This document shows, piece by piece, positions 25,940-34,907 of a stretch of DNA of 62,948 nt; position 1 is the first letter of the stretch, and the number at the start of each line of letters is the position of its first letter. The stretch is from the NCBI GenBank assembly GCA_028870995.1, contig JAGWOI010000013.1, positions 1 to 62,948 of the forward strand, given 5' to 3'. Origin of the DNA: Candidatus Omnitrophota bacterium. Lineage in GTDB: Bacteria > Omnitrophota > Gorgyraeia > Zapsychrales > Fredricksoniimonadaceae. The translations under genes and the position numbers were made by a program. Under the pieces are notes generated by a model. That model made no database searches. It saw only the letters and a list, made by a program, of their open reading frames with translations, and was not told the DNA's origin.

Positions 25940-27071
25940 CGTAATCCTTAATAAATTGCTCCAAGACGAGGGCTCCATCGTAAAGGGTCTTGATCTTGGC
26001 GTATTCATCATTGGCGTGGATGACCCCATGGCTGCCCCATCCGGTGGAGAAGGCCGGAATGCCGTAGTCCTGGAAAAAGGTAATGACCGTCGCCCCCTGG
26101 CTTCCTTTCAAATGGGCCTTGAATCCCATCCTCTTGCAGGTATCCACATAGGTTTTAACAAAGGGATGCCCGGCATCGATGCCGTAGGGCTTTTGCGTAT
26201 CATCGATGATGACCTTGAAATCCTTTGTTTCCTTGGCGATGAGGCCTTCGATCTCTTTGAGGACCTTGGCTGCTGTCATGCCCGGCATAAACCGGATGTC
26301 CAGGGCGAATTCACAGAAATCCGCCACCATGTTGACCTTGTCCCCGCCGCGGATGGTCCCGATATTTTTCGTAGGCGGCACCAGCAGCGGGTGCTTTCTA
26401 TACTTAAACTGATGCTTCTTGAGCCGGTTGATGACCCGGGAGGCGATTTCAATGGCATTGATTCCCAGCCAATTGTAAGCCCCGTGCGCTTTTTTGCCGA
26501 AAATCTGCACCCGGCAGTGAAAAAGCCCCTTTTGGGCGATGATGGCGTCAAACTCTTCGGAATCGGTGATGAGCGCCGCCTTGGGGCGAAGAATACCTTT
26601 TTTCAACAAAGGAATGATCCCCAGCTTGCTTCCGGTCTCCTCATCCGCGGTTGCGGCAAAAATGATATCCCTCTGCAAGCGCACGCCGTCTTCCACCAGG
26701 CTATGCAGGACTTCCATTCCCACGGCGCAATTGCCCTTGTCATCGCTGGCGCCGCGGCCATAAATGCGGCCTTTATGGATCGTGGCCCCTAAAGGATCGA
26801 ATTTCCAGCCCTCGCCGAAAGGTACGGTGTCATAATGCGGTGTGATGAGCAACGCCTCTGCTCTCGCTTTGGCCCTGGGCCAGGTACCCTTGAGCGTGGC
26901 CACGACATTCGGCCGGTTTTTGGCAAAGGCATGGATTTTGATGTCAAGACCGACGGCTTTAAGATCTTTGGTAACAAAATCCGCGACAGCCGCTTCGTTG
27001 CCCGGAGGATTGACGGAATTGATGCGCAGCAGCCCTTGCGTGATCTTTATCAACCGATCTTTTCTGATCAT
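25929..27071 (-). CDS. M20 family metallopeptidase/deacylase (ArgE/DapE-like)
   Basis: HYDTVP, GRGASDDKG, DEETG, GKKAHG, H..DEY. Confidence 0.9.
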   Translation of the reverse strand: MIRKDRLIKITQGLLRINSVNPPGNEAAVADFVTKDLKAVGLDIKIHAFAKNRPNVVATLKGTWPRAKARAEALLITPHYDTVPFGEGWKFDPLGATIHKGRIYGRGASDDKGNCAVGMEVLHSLVEDGVRLQRDIIFAATADEETGSKLGIIPLLKKGILRPKAALITDSEEFDAIIAQKGLFHCRVQIFGKKAHGAYNWLGINAIEIASRVINRLKKHQFKYRKHPLLVPPTKNIGTIRGGDKVNMVADFCEFALDIRFMPGMTAAKVLKEIEGLIAKETKDFKVIIDDTQKPYGIDAGHPFVKTYVDTCKRMGFKAHLKGSQGATVITFFQDYGIPAFSTGWGSHGVIHANDEYAKIKTLYDGALVLEQFIKDYDVV

Positions 27072-27370
27072 CCTAAAATCCCCTTGGCTTTCTCTTCCCC
27101 TTCGATGCGTTTAAAATCATCGTAGTCCACAAAGACGATGTGGGGCCGTTCATGACTTATTTTAAGCATCTTGGGCATATGGTCCCTGACATTCTGAAAG
27201 GCGATGTACTTGAACTCCGTCTTGCACTCCGGGCACTGCAGGGTGTCCAATTTCAAATCCATTGTCTTGCAATTGGCACAGGTCCCGGACAAGGCCCCAT
27301 AGGTCAACAAATGAGTTTTGACTTCATCCAGGTAAAGTTTCTTATAAACTCGAATGAACCGGTCAGACAT
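27068..27370 (-). CDS. Small hypothetical zinc-ribbon protein
   Basis: CANC...CPEC; own promoter TTCACA-16-TATAAT (27401-27406, 27379-27384); overlaps the next gene by 4 nt. Confidence 0.75.
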   Translation of the reverse strand: MSDRFIRVYKKLYLDEVKTHLLTYGALSGTCANCKTMDLKLDTLQCPECKTEFKYIAFQNVRDHMPKMLKISHERPHIVFVDYDDFKRIEGEEKAKGILG

Positions 27371-27410
27371 GATGGGGTATTATAACATTAAGGTACCGGT
27401 TGTGAATCAT

Positions 27411-27508
27411 AAAAAGAACCGGCAGAATCATCGTCTTTTCGCTGGTCTTAAGCGTGCCCCGGATGAAAATCCGACGGGCCTTGAGCGTATCGATGAATTC
27501 TGTCGGCT
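27411..27508 (-). ncRNA. Candidate unannotated small structured RNA (~98 nt)
   Basis: Promoter TTGCTA-17-TATAAT (27538-27543, 27515-27520); 5' and 3' ends form an ~17-bp stem; inner hairpin; ends in CUUUUU; no ORF. Confidence 0.6.
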
Positions 27509-27536
27509 AACTTAATTATAGAACTTTGGACCCTCT

Positions 27537-28388
27537 TTAGCAAGGGTTGCGTCTGGCTATTTTTGACAGGATCTTTTCGAAATTACGCCGGCTGGATATC
27601 AGGCAATAGTCCTTCATGTGCCAGACCGGTTCCTTATCGAACAAGTCTGCCTCCACCCTGTCCATGACCTTGCCGTCGGAAATGCGCCTCAGGTCAAGCC
27701 CGGCCTTACGGATGATCGGCCAGCTGCCGGCAAAATCCCAAAGGTGGCAGCGCAAGAAACAGCCGATCCCCCGTCCGACGGCAGGCCAGCAGCAATTGAC
27801 CACGGCACAGGCATTGATCATGATATGGAAATCCTTGTCGCCCCAGTAAAATTTATCGAAAAAGGTATCATTGCAGAAAAAAAGGGAACGGGCCGAAGGC
27901 TCCTCATCTTCAATGACGATCTTATTCCTGATCTCCTGTCCGCTGAAGGCATTCTGGACAAAATAAGCCTCCTCGCCGTCGCAATAGAAAAGTTCTTTCA
28001 AACAAGGGAAATACACCACCCCCAGCCATGGTTTTAGATCCCGGATAAGTCCCAGGGAAACGCCGAATAACGGCATCTGGTTGGCATACAGCCGTGTGCC
28101 GTCAATGGGATCCAGGGCCCAGATAAAAGGGGTCTGCTCAAGCCGCTTTTGATCCAAGTATTCTTTGGAGCGGCTGTCTTCTTCGTCGATCAGGACATGC
28201 CCGGGGTGGGACAGAAAATCCTGGAAGGTCTGACGGGCCAGATTGGAAATGGCCTTGTCCGCCAACGTGATGACGGTGTTGTCCTTTTTCAAACCCGGAT
28301 CGCTGTGCTGGATCAAATCCACGGCCAGAATGCCGGCCTGCTTGGCGAAAGACAACATCCGTTCTAAATAAACGCCGGAAGAATTCAT
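27537..28388 (-). CDS. Inositol monophosphatase family protein
   Basis: T.ADK, EE, WALDPIDGT, WDFAG. Confidence 0.88.
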   Translation of the reverse strand: MNSSGVYLERMLSFAKQAGILAVDLIQHSDPGLKKDNTVITLADKAISNLARQTFQDFLSHPGHVLIDEEDSRSKEYLDQKRLEQTPFIWALDPIDGTRLYANQMPLFGVSLGLIRDLKPWLGVVYFPCLKELFYCDGEEAYFVQNAFSGQEIRNKIVIEDEEPSARSLFFCNDTFFDKFYWGDKDFHIMINACAVVNCCWPAVGRGIGCFLRCHLWDFAGSWPIIRKAGLDLRRISDGKVMDRVEADLFDKEPVWHMKDYCLISSRRNFEKILSKIARRNPC

Positions 28389-29548
28389 AACTGTTGAGGA
28401 TAAAACAGGGCCATGCTGCTGGTAAAGCCATGCAGGAAATTGACGCCCCCCACCGGCCCGATCTCTCCGGCGCAGAAGAACCCTGCTGCCGGTACCGGTC
28501 CCAAATGCTCCTGGATGATCTTGATATCGTGGTCAGGCTCCTTAAAAAGATTCATCCCGCGGCCGTTGCAGGAGAAAACAAAGGTGCCATGGGGTGCCGG
28601 TTTGCTGAGACGATACCCCTTTAACAACTCATGCAGGTCCTCGTTGGCCGTCATGGCATCGCGCAAATGGAACTGCACCGTCTGCCCCACCCGCATGTAG
28701 TCGCCGACGGCGCCTGCACCGCTTTCAGGGTCAAGACCCATGACACCGCGGATCAAAAAGTCTCCGCGCTTGAATTGGTCCTTGTATTCGTTCATGGCAA
28801 TGCCGATAAAAATCGCTTCGTGGGCCAGATGGCGGTCATAATCCGTCCCCTTATTCAGCACCTCTTCCAGGACTTTATAAAAAGGCCTGCCGGCCAGCTC
28901 AAAAATAATGTTGTGCTGGGCCTTGGTGACAATGTAGGTCTCTCCGATAGGACGGCAGCCTTGGGAGACGACCGTTTCCACCTTCACATTCCCGGTCAGC
29001 GCCACACCGATCAGCCCTTCTTTCATAACTTCACCATTGAGGACTAAAATATTTTCTCCAGGTCCTGAAGCAGCCGAAGCCAGGCCGCCGACTGCCGGAC
29101 GTCCCGGATAAGCCTGGTTCAAGCCGGCCAAGAAAGTATTGCCGTCGAAGGCAAAAGGATCGGCAAAAACCAGAAAAGAAGGCTGTTCATTGGGGTAAAC
29201 TTCCAGCAGCGCGTACCAATCGTCTTTTTGCTTTAAAGACTCCAGTGCCGTTTGAGTCAGTGCGCAGGGGGAAATCTTTACACCTGGCATGCGCGCCAGC
29301 ATCAAGGATGCCGAAGGCCGGCCTTCAATTTCACGGCCGGACCCGATGATCCCCGCGCAGGTGCAGCAGATAAGGTTACGGACCTTAAGCTTTGATATTA
29401 AAGCTTGAGAAACTTCTACAGGGTCATATGGCGGCCAGGGGCAGAGATACAAGATCCCAAGGTCAAAATCTCCTTGAACATCTTTAAGAAGATCGTCTAT
29501 GATTCGAGCAATATGATCAGCTTCAGTTATGCGGTTGACAAACTCCAT
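28385..29548 (-). CDS. FIST-domain (FIST_N + FIST_C) signalling protein
   Basis: CTCAGII, GGLA, SQGCRPIG, GQTVQFHLRD, FSCNGRG, GFFCAGEIG, HGFT. Confidence 0.88.
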   Translation of the reverse strand: MEFVNRITEADHIARIIDDLLKDVQGDFDLGILYLCPWPPYDPVEVSQALISKLKVRNLICCTCAGIIGSGREIEGRPSASLMLARMPGVKISPCALTQTALESLKQKDDWYALLEVYPNEQPSFLVFADPFAFDGNTFLAGLNQAYPGRPAVGGLASAASGPGENILVLNGEVMKEGLIGVALTGNVKVETVVSQGCRPIGETYIVTKAQHNIIFELAGRPFYKVLEEVLNKGTDYDRHLAHEAIFIGIAMNEYKDQFKRGDFLIRGVMGLDPESGAGAVGDYMRVGQTVQFHLRDAMTANEDLHELLKGYRLSKPAPHGTFVFSCNGRGMNLFKEPDHDIKIIQEHLGPVPAAGFFCAGEIGPVGGVNFLHGFTSSMALFYPQQL

Positions 29549-29555
29549 GCGAAGG

Positions 29556-30113
29556 CTAACTTCTCCATTTGATGGAACATCCCATGGAAGGAAACTGCTT
29601 GGGGTTGACCGGCCTCCCGGCAGCCATGTTATTCATGGCTTCCTTTAACTCTTCGCGGGTGACCGCATCCGCGTCCTTCCAGTTGTCGTCGATGCGGCCG
29701 TGATAGACAAGCGCCTTATTTTTATCAAAAAGATAAATATCCGGCGTGCACTGGGCCTTGAAGGCATCCGCCACCTGCTGGGTTTCATCCACTAAATAAG
29801 GGAAATCGATGCCCAGTTCCTTGATTTTTAAAATCATTTTATCGGGGGCATCATCCGGAAAATCAGGGTTGATATTGGGATTGATGGCCACGGTGTTGAC
29901 CCTCATGCCCTTGCCGTATTTGGCCAGCGCGACGACCCGGGGCCAGACCGCCAGGGCGTACGGGCAATGGTTGCAGGTAAAAACGACCAGCAGGCCCCGC
30001 TCGCCGGGTAACTCTGCCGATTTATACATTTTCCCGTGCGGGTCTTTTAGTTCGAAATCGGGCATCGCCGTGCCTAAGGGGATTTTGACGGATTCTAAAA
30101 GGGCCATATTCAC
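29556..30113 (-). CDS. Thioredoxin-fold redoxin (AhpC/TSA family)
   Basis: FTCNHCPY, AQCTPDIYLFD, YHGRIDD, SMGCSIKW. Confidence 0.9.
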   Translation of the reverse strand: MNMALLESVKIPLGTAMPDFELKDPHGKMYKSAELPGERGLLVVFTCNHCPYALAVWPRVVALAKYGKGMRVNTVAINPNINPDFPDDAPDKMILKIKELGIDFPYLVDETQQVADAFKAQCTPDIYLFDKNKALVYHGRIDDNWKDADAVTREELKEAMNNMAAGRPVNPKQFPSMGCSIKWRS

Positions 30114-30260
30114 TCCCTATAGAGGTAGGCGAAAGCTGCCGGTGGACAGGCGAGCCCTAGCCTCCTTGTTTATAATTTAGATGAAATTGTTCAATTCTAT
30201 CATATAATAAACTTCGACATACCACGGTTATGTCGAGGTATTATATTCTTGAGGGTTTTT

Positions 30261-30902
30261 ATGTCAAGATTGCTTATCCAGCAATATGAAATAGGGCCGC
30301 TGAACAACTTCCTTTACCTTTTAGGCGACACCCAAACCAAGGAAATGGCGGTCGTGGATCCTGCCTGGGACGCGCCCTTCCTCTGTGAGGAGGCCAAACG
30401 GCTTGGCTACAAAATCACCAAGGTCTTTCTGACCCACGCCCACCCCGATCATGTCAACGGCCTGAACGAACTCTTGGGCATCCATCAGGTGCCGGTCTAT
30501 ATTTCCGAATTCGAATACCCCCCCCTGCGGCCCAAAGTCCCAGGCCTCATCGATGTCACTTCAGAAGATAAGCTGTCGGTAGGCGGCATCGCTTTTGATA
30601 TCCTGCACACTCCCGGGCATACGCCGGGCTGCCAGTGCTTTCTAGCTCAAGGTCAATTGATCAGCGGGGACACGATTTTTATCGACGGCTGCGGTCGATG
30701 CGACCTGCCGGGTTCGGCCCCAAAAGAGATGTACCACAGCCTTTATGATGTCCTGATGAAACTGCCGGATGAAACCGTAATATATCCAGGCCACAATTAC
30801 GGAGCAACGCCCACCGACACCCTGGGCCGGCAGAAACAGACCAACCCCTATCTGCAATGCCGCAGCCTGAAGGAATTTCTCGTCGAACGGATGGGACTTT
30901 AA
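30261..30902 (+). CDS. MBL-fold metallo-hydrolase (glyoxalase II/ETHE1-like)
   Basis: THAHPDH, HTPGHTPG, SGDTIF, GCGRCD, YPGHNY; start taken at MSRLL. Confidence 0.88.
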   Translation: MSRLLIQQYEIGPLNNFLYLLGDTQTKEMAVVDPAWDAPFLCEEAKRLGYKITKVFLTHAHPDHVNGLNELLGIHQVPVYISEFEYPPLRPKVPGLIDVTSEDKLSVGGIAFDILHTPGHTPGCQCFLAQGQLISGDTIFIDGCGRCDLPGSAPKEMYHSLYDVLMKLPDETVIYPGHNYGATPTDTLGRQKQTNPYLQCRSLKEFLVERMGL

Positions 30903-30908
30903 AAAGAT

Positions 30909-31517
30909 TTACTGCAGCTGGAACGAGCGGATCATTTCATCCACAACCAGGGAGTCCTTCCCAAATTTATTCATGTCCCCCAAAAAAGTCAGAATATAGG
31001 CCTGATCGATGCGCAGGGTCCAGGCATTGACCATGACCAGGTGATCGGGAGAAGGCGCCTTGAAAACCATTTCATGGCCCTTGCGCCAACCCCAATGCAT
31101 CGGCACATCCCGGGCAATAATAATGTGCTTGCCAAACACCGCTATCATTTGTTTTTTGACATTGCCGTTGAATACGGCCAGGACATGATCTTGTTTCGAA
31201 AGGGGCTGGACCACTACGTTGAAATTCTCTGTCAGCGTATCCAGGGGCGTGTCTTTGGGGCGCAGGAATATCACGGCCACATTGGGTTTGGGATGGACCA
31301 GCACGCTCCAGGTCTTGGGGAATTCGATGCTGAATTGATACTTGCGGTCATGATAAACCCTGAATTGGGACTTGAAATATATAAACCACCCTAAGCCTGC
31401 CAAAAGGAGGATGCCGGCCAGACCCAGGATGCCTAAAAGGATATTCTTTTTAAAGGAAGGGCTCATCCCCTTGCGGGGCGCCGGGACCTTTTTTTTAAGA
31501 ATAAAATCGTTTTCCAT
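30909..31517 (-). CDS. Membrane-anchored PsbP/Mog1-like protein
   Basis: Single N-terminal TM helix then FSIEFPKTW and C-terminal IRSFQ pattern. Confidence 0.55.
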   Translation of the reverse strand: MENDFILKKKVPAPRKGMSPSFKKNILLGILGLAGILLLAGLGWFIYFKSQFRVYHDRKYQFSIEFPKTWSVLVHPKPNVAVIFLRPKDTPLDTLTENFNVVVQPLSKQDHVLAVFNGNVKKQMIAVFGKHIIIARDVPMHWGWRKGHEMVFKAPSPDHLVMVNAWTLRIDQAYILTFLGDMNKFGKDSLVVDEMIRSFQLQ

Positions 31518-33609
31518 TTTTCTTCAACTCTAAAATATAGGAACAGGGTTTGAAACGGCCGTCTTGAAAACGGGCTTCATATTTCTCCAGGCTGTCCACC
31601 AGCCCGTCGATTCCAACGGTATCGGCATAACGCAAAAGCCCGCCCCTGAAAGGCGGAAAACCCGTGCCCATGATCATGCCTATATCCACGGCGTCCGGAC
31701 CATCCACCACCTTTTCCTGCAGGATCATGGCAGCCTCATTAACCATGATATAGATCATGCGCTCGACCGCCTCCTGTTCGGAAGCCCTGTTCCTTGATTT
31801 GATCAGGGACTGCACCTCCTCATTGACCACGCGCTGCCTGCCATGAATATAAAAGCCTTTACCGGACTTCTTGCCCAATAACTTTTTGGGCCCGATATCA
31901 TCAAAAATTTGGGATGGTTTAAACCGAGGCCCCAGGCCGGCCTCCAGGACATGCAAAACCTTGACCCCCACATCCAAACCAACCTCGTCGGATAGGGTGA
32001 ACGGCCCCATGGGCAGGCCGAAACGGGTGGCAAACCCGTCGATTTGTTCAATTGAACCGCCTTCATCTAAAATCCGTCCAGCCTCATTGATATAGGCTAA
32101 AAGAATACGGTTGACCAAGAAGCCTGGCGCATCCTTGACAACGACCGGCGTCTTGCCCAATTTCTTGGCGAACTCCACGGTCGCAACCAGGGTTTGCGGC
32201 GAAGTGAACTCAGTGGTGATGATCTCAATGAGCGGCATGCGGTGAACGGGATTAAAGAAATGAAAGCCGATCACCTTGGTAGGGTCTTTGGACACCCTGG
32301 CCATTTCCGTCACTGGTAGCGACGAAGTGTTGGAAGCTAGGATGGTTTTTGGTCCCACCAGCTGGCTGGTCTGAGTAAACACCTTCTTTTTGATATCCAA
32401 ATTCTCCACCACGGCTTCAATAACGATATCAGCATCGGAAAAACCGGTGTAATCCACGGTGCCGGTGATCATGGCCATCTTGGCCGCCACTTCATAAGGC
32501 TTGGCCTTCCTGCGTTTGACCGCCTGGGCATAAATGTCATAGGCAGCGGCCAGCCCCTTGGCAATGGCTTCCTGATTGATATCCTTAAGCCGCGTCCATA
32601 CCCCACGGTTGCTCAATAACTGGGCAATGCCGCCGCCCATAACCCCTGCCCCGATGACACCGGCCTTGACAACACCGGCCGGTTTGATACCCTCGGTGCC
32701 GGGCACAGATAATTTCTTGTACTTTTCAGCCAGATAAAACACCTTGACCAGGTTCTTAGAAGTAGGAGTAATCGCCAACTGCGCGAAAGCGCTGGACTCG
32801 ATGTCCAGGGCCTGCTCGCGGGGAAGATATTTGGTCTTGCGGATCACGTCCACGGCCCTTAAAGGTGCCGGATAAAAACCCTTGGTGGCTTTTTGGACGG
32901 ATTCAATGGTCTTTTTGTAGACCATGGACTGACCCAAAGGATTTTGGTCCAAAAAGCCGGCCAGTCCCTTTAAGACAGGCGGTTTAAAGATACGCTGGCC
33001 CGGTTCGGCGGCAATTTGCTCGACGAATTCGCGCACACGTTCCGACAGCCCCACGGCCGGATAAAGCCTATCTACCAGTCCGCATTTAAAAGCGGCCTGG
33101 GGATTTATGGGAGCTCCGGAAACGATCATCTTTAAACCCTGTTGGAGGCCGACCAGCCGCGGCAGCCGCCAGGTGCCGCCGAAGCCCGGCACGAACCCCA
33201 AATTGACTTCCGGTAAACCCATGCGGATCTTGTCATTAAAGGTCATCACCCTGTAACGGCAGGCCAGGGCCAGCTCGCAGCCGCCGCCCAAGGCGGCCCC
33301 GTCGATAACAGCCACCGTCGGAAAGGGAAGGTCCTCCAGCTTGTTCATCACCTGCTGGCCGGCCTGGGCCTTGGACTTGGCATCATTTTCCTCGGTGATA
33401 GTCTCGATTTCCTTAATATCTGCGCCGGCGATGAAAATATCTTTCTTGGCGCTTTGGATGACCAACGCTTTAAGGCTTTTGTTCTTCAAATCATCGAGGA
33501 TCTTGTCGAAGCTCACCAGGGTCGCGGCACTTAGCACGTTGACCTTGGAATCAGGCTGGTCAAAGGTAATGAAGCCGATACCGGATTCTTCCTTATAGAA
33601 GACGGACAT
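31495..33609 (-). CDS. fadJ: Fatty-acid oxidation complex alpha subunit (enoyl-CoA hydratase/3-hydroxyacyl-CoA dehydrogenase)
   Basis: FIAGADI, LGGGCELAL, GLPEVNLG, GAGVMGGGI, EAVVENL, SNTSSL, HFFNP; start moved to MSVFY. Confidence 0.88.
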   Translation of the reverse strand: MSVFYKEESGIGFITFDQPDSKVNVLSAATLVSFDKILDDLKNKSLKALVIQSAKKDIFIAGADIKEIETITEENDAKSKAQAGQQVMNKLEDLPFPTVAVIDGAALGGGCELALACRYRVMTFNDKIRMGLPEVNLGFVPGFGGTWRLPRLVGLQQGLKMIVSGAPINPQAAFKCGLVDRLYPAVGLSERVREFVEQIAAEPGQRIFKPPVLKGLAGFLDQNPLGQSMVYKKTIESVQKATKGFYPAPLRAVDVIRKTKYLPREQALDIESSAFAQLAITPTSKNLVKVFYLAEKYKKLSVPGTEGIKPAGVVKAGVIGAGVMGGGIAQLLSNRGVWTRLKDINQEAIAKGLAAAYDIYAQAVKRRKAKPYEVAAKMAMITGTVDYTGFSDADIVIEAVVENLDIKKKVFTQTSQLVGPKTILASNTSSLPVTEMARVSKDPTKVIGFHFFNPVHRMPLIEIITTEFTSPQTLVATVEFAKKLGKTPVVVKDAPGFLVNRILLAYINEAGRILDEGGSIEQIDGFATRFGLPMGPFTLSDEVGLDVGVKVLHVLEAGLGPRFKPSQIFDDIGPKKLLGKKSGKGFYIHGRQRVVNEEVQSLIKSRNRASEQEAVERMIYIMVNEAAMILQEKVVDGPDAVDIGMIMGTGFPPFRGGLLRYADTVGIDGLVDSLEKYEARFQDGRFKPCSYILELKKNGKRFYS

Positions 33610-33617
33610 ACACCCTC

Positions 33618-34895
33618 CTATCTTTCCAAAACCACGGCCGCCCCCTGGCCGCCGCCGACACACAAAGACACCACGCCGCAGTTGAGATTATTGCGGTTTA
33701 AATGTTTCAACATGGTCAAGATCAACCGGGCGCCGGATGTACCCACCGGGTGCCCCAGGGCTATGGCCCCGCCGTTTATGTTCAATTTCGCCGGATCAAT
33801 GTCCCCTGTATGACCTTCGTAACCGAAATCCTTGGCGAACTTTTCTGAAGACAGCGCACGCAGGCAGGCCAGGACCTGGGCGGCGAAAGCTTCATTGATC
33901 TCGAAAGCCTGGACATCAGAAAGTTTCATGCCCGCTTTCTTCAAGGCCATGGGGATGGCATGGGCCGGCCCGATGCCCATGCGGTTGGGCTCGACCCCGG
34001 CAAAGGCAAAACTGCGGATATAGCCCAAGGGTTTCATCCCTAAAACCTTGGCACGCAATTCGCTGGCCACCAGCAGCGCACAGGCCCCGTCGGTGATCTG
34101 GCTGGAATTACCGGCCGTCACCGTGCCGGTGCCTCTTTCAAAGAACGGTTTGAGCTTGGCCAGGGCCTCCATGGTCTGGCCTTCGCGAGGGCCGTTATCA
34201 TCGATGACTGCTTCCTTATATTTGGGGCCCGGGATCACCGGCACCATTTCTTCCCTAAGAACAGCACGGCCGGCAATGGCTTTCTGGTGAGAGCCTAAGG
34301 CAAATTCATCCTGCTGGCGGCGGGTGATACCGAATTCCTTGGCCAGGACTTCCGCCGTCTGGCCCATGTTCAGGCCGCAGACAGGGTCCGTCAACCCCAA
34401 CTGCAACCCTATACGGGGCGACAAAAAATGATGAGGCCGTATTTTGGCGAAACCCTGTAATTTCTCCGGCAGGGTCTTGGCGCGCGAAATGCCGGTGAGG
34501 ATCTCCTGGTATTGTTTGGAAAGGAAGAAAGGGATATTGCTCATGGACTCCGTGCCGCCGGTCAAAAATACGCTTCCCTCCCCGGCCCTGATCTTGATGG
34601 CGGCATTGACCACCGCCTCGATGCCTGAAGCGCAGTTGCGGTGCACGGTCACGGCAGGTGTCGTCTTGGGAACGCCGGCCAAAAGGGCAACGACACGGGC
34701 GATGTTGGCGGCTTCGGCCGGCTGGCCCACGCATCCAAAGATCACTTCATCGATCAATTTGACGTCAAGCTCCTGGCGTTCGATCACCTCCCGGGCTGCG
34801 ATGCGGCCCAATTCCTGGGCGCTTAGATTGTTGAAGCTGGTGCCCATCTTGCAAAACGGCGTGCGTATACCGGCGACAATCGCTATTCTGTCCAT
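33618..34895 (-). CDS. fadI: Acetyl-CoA C-acyltransferase (thiolase)
   Basis: NCASG, GNSSQITDGA, EINEAFA, GHPVGTSG, CVGGGQG. Confidence 0.88.
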   Translation of the reverse strand: MDRIAIVAGIRTPFCKMGTSFNNLSAQELGRIAAREVIERQELDVKLIDEVIFGCVGQPAEAANIARVVALLAGVPKTTPAVTVHRNCASGIEAVVNAAIKIRAGEGSVFLTGGTESMSNIPFFLSKQYQEILTGISRAKTLPEKLQGFAKIRPHHFLSPRIGLQLGLTDPVCGLNMGQTAEVLAKEFGITRRQQDEFALGSHQKAIAGRAVLREEMVPVIPGPKYKEAVIDDNGPREGQTMEALAKLKPFFERGTGTVTAGNSSQITDGACALLVASELRAKVLGMKPLGYIRSFAFAGVEPNRMGIGPAHAIPMALKKAGMKLSDVQAFEINEAFAAQVLACLRALSSEKFAKDFGYEGHTGDIDPAKLNINGGAIALGHPVGTSGARLILTMLKHLNRNNLNCGVVSLCVGGGQGAAVVLER

Positions 34896-34907
34896 AAATC
34901 CCTCCGT

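Noticed and set aside
25866-26792. 308-aa plus-strand ORF
   Set aside because: Antisense shadow of the M20 peptidase.
27411-27508. SRP (4.5S) RNA or tRNA identity for the candidate small RNA
   Set aside because: Lacks the SRP CAGG..GNRA..AGCAG motif and a tRNA cloverleaf or T-loop; kept as an unassigned ncRNA.
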